A stretch of 28,659 bases of DNA, from positions 1-28,659 of the forward strand of contig CAZZCM010000001.1 in NCBI GenBank assembly GCA_964652445.1, written 5' to 3'. The position numbers and the translations under genes are program-made. How positions within the stretch are numbered: position 1 is the stretch's first letter; each line of letters begins with the position of its first letter. This DNA is from an uncultured Muribaculaceae bacterium (GTDB taxonomy: Bacteria > Bacillota_I > Bacilli_A > RF39 > UBA660). Of the stretch, positions 15,615-23,131 are shown one piece after another. Under the pieces are notes generated by a model. That model was not told the DNA's origin. It saw nothing but the letters and a program-made list of their open reading frames with translations, and made no database searches.

Positions 15615-18011
15615 TTATTTAACAACAATATTTACTAATTTTCTTGGAATAACAACAACATTGACAATCTTTTTATTATTTACAAATTTCTTTACATTGT
15701 CGTTATCCATTGCGGTCATTTCCATTTCTTCTTTAGATGCATCTACTTTCATAACTGCTTTACCACGAACTTTACCGTTTACTTGAATTACCATTTCAAA
15801 AGTTGAATTAACCGTCTTACTTTCATCGTATTTAGGCCAATCGCTTTCACATAAAGGTTTACCTAAAGCACTTATCTCGTTAATTTCTTCGGTAATATGA
15901 GGCGCAATCGGGTTTAACAAATGAACAAGAACTCTTACATCATCTTTAGTAATACTATCGTATTTTTCATAATCATTAAGTAAAATCATAAGTGATGAAA
16001 CGGCTGTATTGTACTTCATATTTTCTAAATCATGAGATACTTTTTTAATCGTTTGATGAACTAAAGTCTCATTAGTATAGCCAGTCTTATCATTAAGTTT
16101 TTCTTGAATACGCCAAATTCTATCTAGAAATTTACTGCAGCCCTTAAGACCATTAGTACTCCAAGCTGCATCTTTCTCATAATCGCCAATAAACATCTCA
16201 TAAGTACGAAGAGCATCTGCCCCAAATTCATTAACAATGTCGTCAGGATTAATTACATTACCCTTAGATTTACTCATTTTTTCACCATTTGGGCCCAAAA
16301 TCATTCCATGGGATACACGAACATCAATTGGCTCTTTATTAGGAACTAAACCAATATTGTATAAAAATTGATTCCAAAATCTCGCATAAAGTAAATGACG
16401 AGCTGTATGTTCCATACCACCATTGTACCAATCAACTTTGCCCCAATAATTTAAAGCGTTATTCGATACAAATTCTTTATCGTTCTTCGGGTCCATATAT
16501 CTTAAGAAATACCAGCTAGAACCTGCCCAGTTAGGCATGGTATCAGTTTCTCTTTTTGCATGACCCCCGCACTTTGGACAAGTGGTATTTACCCACTCTT
16601 CAATGCCAGCAAGTGGACTCTCACCATCTTCTGTAGGTTCATAATTAGCCACATCAGGAAGTAATACTGGTAAATCTTCATCAGGAATAGGTACCCATCC
16701 ACATTTTTCACAATGAACTAGTGGGATTGGTTCACCCCAAAATCTTTGTCTAGAAAAGATCCAATCTTGAAGACGATAATTGGTTTTAGATTTTCCCAGA
16801 CCTTCTTCCTCCAAATATTCAAGCATTTTAGAGCATGCTTCGGCTTTTGAAGTCATTCCATTTAAAATACCTGAATTAATATATTCACCATCACCAGTAT
16901 AAGCTTCTTTATTAATATTGCCACCACTAATAACTGGAATAATATTAATACCAAATTTTTTGGCAAACTCATAATCACGACTGTCATGAGCAGGAACGGC
17001 CATAATTGCTCCAGTACCATAATTCATCATAACATAATCAGATATCCAAATTGGGATTTCTTCACCACTAATAGGATTAATCGCTGTAAGGCCATCTAAT
17101 TTAACACCTGTTTTATCGTAGGCAAGTTCGGTTCTTTCAAATTCAGTTTTAGTTTTTGCAAACTCTTGATACTCTTTCACTTCACTAATGTTTTTAATCT
17201 TATCACTATACTTAACTAGGATTGGATGTTCAGGCGCTACTACCATAAAAGTAACCCCATAAATGGTGTCTGGTCTAGTTGTATAAACTGTTAAAGCATC
17301 TTTAGTATTAGCTAATTTAAACTGAATTTCGGCTCCTTTACTTTTACCAATCCAGTTAATTTGACCTAATTTTACTCTGTCCGCAAACTTGGTATCATCT
17401 AAACCACGAAGTAAATCCTCAGCGTAATCACTCATACGAAGTAACCATTGCTCTTTTTCTTTTTGGACTACTTTTTCTCCGCATCTTTCACAAACACCAC
17501 CAGCAGAATCTTCATTGGAAAGTCCGGTTTTACATTTAGGACACCAATTTATAGCTTTTTTATCTTTATAAGCCATTCCATGTTTATAAAATTGTAAAAA
17601 TTGCCATTGAGTCCATTTATAATATTCGGGATCCGTGGTTGAAAATTCTCTACTCCAGTCAAATGATGCACCTATACTTTCAATTTGATCTTTAAAAGTT
17701 TTAATATTTTCTTTAACTGCTTCTTTGGGATGAATATGATTTTTAATTGCATACTGTTCAGCAGGTGCTCCAAAAGCATCCCATCCCATAGGAAATAGTA
17801 CATTATAACCTTTCATTCTTTTCATACGAGCCACAGAATCCAAGGCTGTATAACTACGAACATGCCCTACATGAAGTCCAGCACCAGATGGATAAGGAAA
17901 CTCTACTAAAATATAATATTTTTCCTTGTCTCCACCATTTACAGCTTTAAAAGTCTCATGTTCTTTCCAATAATTTTGCCATTTCTTTTCTATTTTCTTA
18001 AAATCATACAT
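15615..18011 (-). CDS. leuS: Leucine--tRNA ligase
   Basis: FPYPSGAGLHVGH (HIGH), KMSKSKGN, editing-domain YTTRPDT and GTGAIMAVPAHD. Confidence 0.98.
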   Translation of the reverse strand: MYDFKKIEKKWQNYWKEHETFKAVNGGDKEKYYILVEFPYPSGAGLHVGHVRSYTALDSVARMKRMKGYNVLFPMGWDAFGAPAEQYAIKNHIHPKEAVKENIKTFKDQIESIGASFDWSREFSTTDPEYYKWTQWQFLQFYKHGMAYKDKKAINWCPKCKTGLSNEDSAGGVCERCGEKVVQKEKEQWLLRMSDYAEDLLRGLDDTKFADRVKLGQINWIGKSKGAEIQFKLANTKDALTVYTTRPDTIYGVTFMVVAPEHPILVKYSDKIKNISEVKEYQEFAKTKTEFERTELAYDKTGVKLDGLTAINPISGEEIPIWISDYVMMNYGTGAIMAVPAHDSRDYEFAKKFGINIIPVISGGNINKEAYTGDGEYINSGILNGMTSKAEACSKMLEYLEEEGLGKSKTNYRLQDWIFSRQRFWGEPIPLVHCEKCGWVPIPDEDLPVLLPDVANYEPTEDGESPLAGIEEWVNTTCPKCGGHAKRETDTMPNWAGSSWYFLRYMDPKNDKEFVSNNALNYWGKVDWYNGGMEHTARHLLYARFWNQFLYNIGLVPNKEPIDVRVSHGMILGPNGEKMSKSKGNVINPDDIVNEFGADALRTYEMFIGDYEKDAAWSTNGLKGCSKFLDRIWRIQEKLNDKTGYTNETLVHQTIKKVSHDLENMKYNTAVSSLMILLNDYEKYDSITKDDVRVLVHLLNPIAPHITEEINEISALGKPLCESDWPKYDESKTVNSTFEMVIQVNGKVRGKAVMKVDASKEEMEMTAMDNDNVKKFVNNKKIVNVVVIPRKLVNIVVK

Positions 18012-18012
18012 A

Positions 18013-18357
18013 TTATTTAACCTCTTTCTTTTTATAAACTCTACCTAAAATATAATAACAAATTAAAATCAGTGGAATTAAAATAACAAATCCTACCACT
18101 AATTTAATAATTAGTGAGTCAAAAAACTCTAATAAAGTTACCGTAATGGCAATTATAAACGCATTAACCAAAGATAAACTATTCGCAAATTTTTTATGAT
18201 TCAAATTTTCAATATCTAGTTTATAAGCATTTTTAAAAAACAATAATTGCTTACCTGTTTTAAAAGCCTCCAATCCTTTTTTTCGACTTACAATAACTAA
18301 GTAATAAACTAAATAAACGATTACAAAACAAATTAAAAATAAATAAACAAGTTCCAT
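18013..18357 (-). CDS. Small hypothetical membrane protein (about 3 TM) between the T-box and leuS
   Basis: SD AAAGGAGG; three hydrophobic stretches; TAA-t-ATG junction with leuS. Confidence 0.8.
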   Translation of the reverse strand: MELVYLFLICFVIVYLVYYLVIVSRKKGLEAFKTGKQLLFFKNAYKLDIENLNHKKFANSLSLVNAFIIAITVTLLEFFDSLIIKLVVGFVILIPLILICYYILGRVYKKKEVK

Positions 18358-18374
18358 ATATTCCTCCTTTAACC

Positions 18375-18582
18375 AAAAAAGTATTATGTATAAGGGCGAT
18401 TTAATCGCGGTACCACCTTATTTCATAATACTTTATATTATCTCAAATGGTGTAACGTACCAAACGTCATATACTTATCATATAAGCAGCTCCTAAGTAA
18501 GTTCATAACCTATATTCAAAAGCTTTCACCAACCGCTTTTTCTCTAAAGAATAATCTAGTTACTACTACTCTTATTCATCGC
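18375..18582 (-). ncRNA. T-box leader, Leu (CUU) specifier
   Basis: Stem I with GA/K-turn (GAUGAA), AGUA/GAA S-turn, AGAGA and GGUGAAA motifs, specifier loop GAA-CUU-A (18499-18501), stem II, IIA/B pseudoknot (ACGU-UUGGU-ACGU...ACCA), T-box AAGG-UGGUACC-GCG. Confidence 0.92.
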
Positions 18583-18624
18583 ATTTCTTAAAACATTATA
18601 TTACATTTTTCAAATATGTTCAAT

Positions 18625-18653
18625 ATTGTATTAAAGTTTCTGATTTTTGTCAA
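18625..18653 (-). promoter_or_regulatory. SigA promoter of the T-box/leuS operon
   Basis: TTGACA-N17-TACAAT. Confidence 0.85.
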
Positions 18654-18665
18654 GACATAGTGGTC

Positions 18666-18690
18666 AAAATATAAGACATAAGCCTTATAT
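18666..18690 (-). terminator. Terminator overlapping the GH31 stop
   Basis: ATATAAGGC-TTAT-GTCTTATAT-TTT; short U tract. Confidence 0.55.
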
Positions 18691-21087
18691 TTCGTTAATA
18701 TATTCAAGTAACTTAATAAACATTTTAATAAACTTCTTATCAAGTCCTTTTTTCCCAAGTTTTCTAACTTCAATACGTTTCTTTTGAATTGTTAAATTAC
18801 TAAACAAAATGCCGTCTATTTCTTCTTTCATTTCCGTTGAAATTTGTAAGTCACTAATGATGCCTTCAATTTCACGATTAATTAAATGGACTGCATCAAT
18901 TTCAATGTCTTTCCCCTTACAATTTACAGTAAGTTGTCCAATCGTTTTAACATCATTGACTTCAACAATAAAATCAGGTCCATCAACATAAGTCTTAAAT
19001 GAAACTTTATCACGATTACTATAAACCTCAACATCATCTGTACGTTTAGTGTTTCTAAAAACAATCTTATAGTTTCTCTTTTCGGGAATAATTCCGCTTT
19101 TACCATCTTTCGCTCTAATAATTATACTGTAATTATTGGGCAAATAGTTGTATTCAATCTCTGTAAGCAAATAAAATCCCTTACGATATAAATCACTTTC
19201 GCCATCATCTTCAAATAATGTATAAGTATTACTTTTCCCAGGGAAAATTTGAATTTCCATATTATCTGGTGGTGTCGTATCATTTAAATCACTATTAGTT
19301 CCTAATGGAATAATCGCTCCTGACCTTGCGAATACGGGAAATTCTTCATCTCTAAAGAATGTAATATAATTTTTTCCACCAGGAAATTTCTTGCCCGTAA
19401 CAAAGTCGTACCATGTCCCTTCAGGAATGTAAAAGTTATGAACAACACGATTCATGACATAGTCTTTTCTCGATACTATTGGGCAAACAAGTAATTCTTC
19501 GCCAAAATAATATTCAGTACGATATAAAGCATCATCATAAAATTCTGGATTAGTCGCGTAAATTGGTTTAACTAAGGGCTTACCATATTTATGATACTTA
19601 TAAGCTTCACTATAAATATATGGAATCAGCTTATGACGTAACTGTAAATAATCTTTAACAATTGTATAAGTCTTAATATCCCAACGCCAAGGTTCACGTT
19701 TATAGTACTTACCTTTATCCACACCAAATTTCAAAATCGGTGAAAAAGTACCTAATTGAACAAACCTAATATAAAGTTCTTCATCCTCGACGCCTTTAAA
19801 ATATCCGCCAATATCATGGGACCAAAAACTAACGCCATTATTATAAGCTGAAGCGTTATAAAATGGAACTTTCTTTAAAGTACCCCAACTAACTACTGTC
19901 TTACCAGAGTATAAAACGGGATAACGATGCGCAGCCAAACGAACATCGGGCGCTAAAACCATTGGTCTACGCTTATAATCACGTTGCATGTCATAAAATT
20001 GATAATGTTTAAGCAAGGCATTCTCCGTCAAATTAACCTTATAATCGTAATCAAGCCAAAAGAAATCAATTCCCATTGTATCCAAAGGATGAATAAACAG
20101 TTTCAAATAAACATCAATAAATTTCGGATCATACACATTAAAAGGTATTTTCCCATCCTTATTTGCTTGTAAATATTTTAAGGCCTCTGCATAAAGTTTA
20201 TCATAATTATAAATTCCTTCGGTTGGATTAATATTGAGACCAAGTCTTATACCTTTTGAGTGTAAATAAGTAATCATTGCTGAAGGATTTTTAAATTTAT
20301 CATTATCAAAAGTAAAACCAGATTTCAAATGATATTTACCAGTATATGCCCTTTTATGCCAATCCTTATCAAGTAACAATATGGAAACTGGAATCTGCTT
20401 TCTATCGAAAGTATCAACTAACTCTTTAAGTTCCAAATCATCATAAGCCTCATTACGACTCCACCAATTTCCTAAAGCGTATCTTGGGATTAAAGCGGGA
20501 TAACCAGTAAGCTCATAATAATCTTTTAAAGCGTCTTCATAATCATTGCCATACATAAATAAATAAGTATCAATTACTCCTGGTTCTCTAGAGACTATTG
20601 TACCATCCTCGTTCCAAACAAAGTCAGTACTATCATCAATACTAGCCATACTATCAGCTGAATATAATCCTTTATCACTGGTGATGCCATCTTCTAAACA
20701 AATGGCTGGGATGCCAAAATTCCTAACTTCTGGATGACCATAATACCACACTTTGTCAGTTCCTAAAAGTTCAACTTTAAGATTCATTGTTGGATTAACT
20801 TTACTACCTTCAAATGGTTTTTCTTTAGTATAAGTAAGTTTAAAATATTCTGTTGAAATCTCTACAAAATGGTTATCATTTCTGGTTTTAAAATCTGGGA
20901 CCGCCAAATTTCTGTGTAAAATTAGCCCTGTCGGCTTATCTAAAAAACTGCCATTAGGATTATATTCAAGTCTAATCACTCTTGGTGATAAAACTGTAAA
21001 GCGATAGTTATTACCGCTTATAAGCGCACTATTATTAGGTACTGCACTTTTAAAATCAATTTTAAATTGTTCCCCCAAATTATACAT
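18685..21087 (-). CDS. GH31 (GH31_u1-like, DUF5110) glycosidase homologue with a degenerate active site
   Basis: PRYALGNWWSR, LDKDWH, FFWLDY, HRYP, WSHDIGG, REPW. Acid/base SGD is SGK and RLH is KFG. Start ATG at 21087 (SD AGGGGTG). Confidence 0.85.
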   Translation of the reverse strand: MYNLGEQFKIDFKSAVPNNSALISGNNYRFTVLSPRVIRLEYNPNGSFLDKPTGLILHRNLAVPDFKTRNDNHFVEISTEYFKLTYTKEKPFEGSKVNPTMNLKVELLGTDKVWYYGHPEVRNFGIPAICLEDGITSDKGLYSADSMASIDDSTDFVWNEDGTIVSREPGVIDTYLFMYGNDYEDALKDYYELTGYPALIPRYALGNWWSRNEAYDDLELKELVDTFDRKQIPVSILLLDKDWHKRAYTGKYHLKSGFTFDNDKFKNPSAMITYLHSKGIRLGLNINPTEGIYNYDKLYAEALKYLQANKDGKIPFNVYDPKFIDVYLKLFIHPLDTMGIDFFWLDYDYKVNLTENALLKHYQFYDMQRDYKRRPMVLAPDVRLAAHRYPVLYSGKTVVSWGTLKKVPFYNASAYNNGVSFWSHDIGGYFKGVEDEELYIRFVQLGTFSPILKFGVDKGKYYKREPWRWDIKTYTIVKDYLQLRHKLIPYIYSEAYKYHKYGKPLVKPIYATNPEFYDDALYRTEYYFGEELLVCPIVSRKDYVMNRVVHNFYIPEGTWYDFVTGKKFPGGKNYITFFRDEEFPVFARSGAIIPLGTNSDLNDTTPPDNMEIQIFPGKSNTYTLFEDDGESDLYRKGFYLLTEIEYNYLPNNYSIIIRAKDGKSGIIPEKRNYKIVFRNTKRTDDVEVYSNRDKVSFKTYVDGPDFIVEVNDVKTIGQLTVNCKGKDIEIDAVHLINREIEGIISDLQISTEMKEEIDGILFSNLTIQKKRIEVRKLGKKGLDKKFIKMFIKLLEYINEI

Positions 21088-21107
21088 GGCATTCACCCCT
21101 TATTATT

Positions 21108-22520
21108 CTATATTTCATCAATTTTCATAAAATTGGTATGTTTTACTTTCTTAAATGGATATCCACCGGTTACAATAACTTTATCACCTTTTTCAAGTTC
21201 CAAAGTCTTTTCCGCAATACTCATTGCCTTTGAAGCAATAGTATCAAAATCAAAGTCACCAATTGCGATTGGTAATACACCAAAATATAAATTTAAACTT
21301 CTAGCAACTCTTTCATTAGCTGCTGCCGCAATAATCATACATGGTGGCCTGAGTTTACTCATTCTTTTAGCTGTATATCCTGTATTTGTGGCTATAATAA
21401 TGGCCTTACAATCAAGGGTTATGGCCCCTAGTGCTACACTGCTTGCAATGGTTCCAGCAATATCCTTAGAATTAGTTTTCAAAGCTGAATTAAAATGATA
21501 ATCATAATCGATTGTGTTTTCAGCTGCTCTAACAATTCTTTCGACCTCTTTAACTGCTTCTGCTGGCTTAGTCCCGATTGTGGTCTCGCCAGTTAATAAA
21601 ATTGCATCAACACTTTCGGAAACTGAATTTGCTAAATCGGAAACTTCTGCACGACTTGGAACCACATCATTTGTTAAAAAGCTATCGAGTTCTGCGGTAA
21701 TAATGCTAATTTTCCCTTTTCCATGACATTTACGAATAATTTTACTTTTAATATTGGGTACTTCTTCAAGTGGTAGTTCAACAGCTAAATCACTACGGGC
21801 AAGCAAAATTCCATCAGCAACATCAATAATTCTGTCTAAAGATTTTACTGCTCTTTCATTTTGAATCTTGGCAATAAGTCCAATATGATCATTTTCTAAT
21901 TCAATAAGCATGTCATTTACTTCCATAATATCTTCAGCATCAGATACATTGGATATTTCAATAAAATCAACATCCATTTTATGAGCAAATAAAATATCCT
22001 CACAATCTTGCTTTGTTAAAAACTTACGATTAAGTTTTATTCCTGGTAAATACAGTTTAGAATGGCTAACAACTCGGCCCCCTTTAACTACTTCACAAAC
22101 GGCATAATCAAGGCCTTTTTCTACAACCTCTAATACAACTTTGCCATCCATAAGTTTAATAACTGAACGAAATCGTAAATCATCAATTAATTTCGGATAA
22201 TTTATTGAAAACTGAAACCCATTACAAATAGCTGGATTCATATACATTCTAATACGCTCACCAGTTTCAAAATCGGCGTAACCTCCTTGAAACTCCCCGG
22301 TTCTAATACAAGGTCCTTCTAAGTCAACCATAACCGAAATATTACTTCCCAGTTTTCTATTTATTTCATAGGTTTTTTCGATAACATCTCTACAAAATCC
22401 GTAATCAGAGTAACTCATATTAAGGCGAATTACATCAACGCCATTAGACACTAATTCCTCTAAAACTTCCATTTTATTTGAAGATGGTCCAATGGTTGCA
22501 ATTATCTTTGTCTTGTTCAT
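21108..22520 (-). CDS. pyk: Pyruvate kinase homologue with a degenerate catalytic site and a conserved allosteric C domain
   Basis: TKIIATIGPS, GPCIRT, AKIQN, ARSDL, SRAEVSD, TGET, TNTGYTA; colinear with PK over 470 aa. Confidence 0.85.
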   Translation of the reverse strand: MNKTKIIATIGPSSNKMEVLEELVSNGVDVIRLNMSYSDYGFCRDVIEKTYEINRKLGSNISVMVDLEGPCIRTGEFQGGYADFETGERIRMYMNPAICNGFQFSINYPKLIDDLRFRSVIKLMDGKVVLEVVEKGLDYAVCEVVKGGRVVSHSKLYLPGIKLNRKFLTKQDCEDILFAHKMDVDFIEISNVSDAEDIMEVNDMLIELENDHIGLIAKIQNERAVKSLDRIIDVADGILLARSDLAVELPLEEVPNIKSKIIRKCHGKGKISIITAELDSFLTNDVVPSRAEVSDLANSVSESVDAILLTGETTIGTKPAEAVKEVERIVRAAENTIDYDYHFNSALKTNSKDIAGTIASSVALGAITLDCKAIIIATNTGYTAKRMSKLRPPCMIIAAAANERVARSLNLYFGVLPIAIGDFDFDTIASKAMSIAEKTLELEKGDKVIVTGGYPFKKVKHTNFMKIDEI

Positions 22521-22537
22521 AGTATCACCTATTATCC

Positions 22538-22566
22538 ATTATACCAGTTTTCTCATAAATTTCCAT
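22538..22566 (-). promoter_or_regulatory. Extended -10 promoter of the pyk-like/GH31-like operon
   Basis: ATGGAA-N17-TATAAT with TG at -15/-14, downstream of the greA terminator. Confidence 0.65.
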
Positions 22567-22576
22567 AATAAAAAGG

Positions 22577-22602
22577 AAAAAAATAGACATTATGCCTATT
22601 TT
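22577..22602 (-). terminator. greA terminator overlapping its stop
   Basis: AAAATAGGCA-TAA-TGTCTATTTT-TTT. Confidence 0.75.
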
Positions 22603-23066
22603 ATTTCTAATACTTTTACTTCATATTCGCCATTTGGACTAGCTACTTTAGCAATCTCGCCAACTTTAAGTCCCATAATTGCATTAGCAATGGGTGATTC
22701 ATTAGAAATTTTATTTTCAAACGGATCAGCTTCAGTTCTACCAACAATCGTATATGTTTCTGTATCACCTTCGCCTACATATTCAACTTTAACAGTATTT
22801 CCAATTGACACTTCATCGGTATCTGCATCAGCAATAACAACTGCATTTTCAATCATTTGATTTAAACTTGCAATCTTAGCTTCAACTTCTGCCTGCTCAT
22901 TTCTAGCAGCATCATACTCAGCATTTTCGCTTAAGTCACCCAAAGCTCTAGCTTCTTTTAAGGCCTCTATTACAGCAGGTCTTTTTTCTTGTTGAAGAAA
23001 TTCAAGTTCGCGTTTCATATCTTCTAAACCTTGCTCAGTCACATAAACTTCTTCTGTATTTGGCAT
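22596..23066 (-). CDS. greA: Transcription elongation factor GreA
   Basis: EARALGDLSENAEYDAAR, KISNESPIANA; start ATG at 23066 (SD GAGGTG). Confidence 0.97.
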   Translation of the reverse strand: MPNTEEVYVTEQGLEDMKRELEFLQQEKRPAVIEALKEARALGDLSENAEYDAARNEQAEVEAKIASLNQMIENAVVIADADTDEVSIGNTVKVEYVGEGDTETYTIVGRTEADPFENKISNESPIANAIMGLKVGEIAKVASPNGEYEVKVLEIK

Positions 23067-23102
23067 TCTGCTCACCTCGCTTTACATTCATTAACTTACA
23101 AA

Positions 23103-23131
23103 ATCTTACTACACAATCACTCATTTGTCAA
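23103..23131 (-). promoter_or_regulatory. SigA promoter of greA, partly inside the upstream CDS end
   Basis: TTGACA-N17-TAAGAT. Confidence 0.7.

Noticed and set aside
23067-23116. udk and yrrR/yrrS absent between trhP1 and greA
   Set aside because: Routine gene loss or rearrangement; cannot be assessed from one window.
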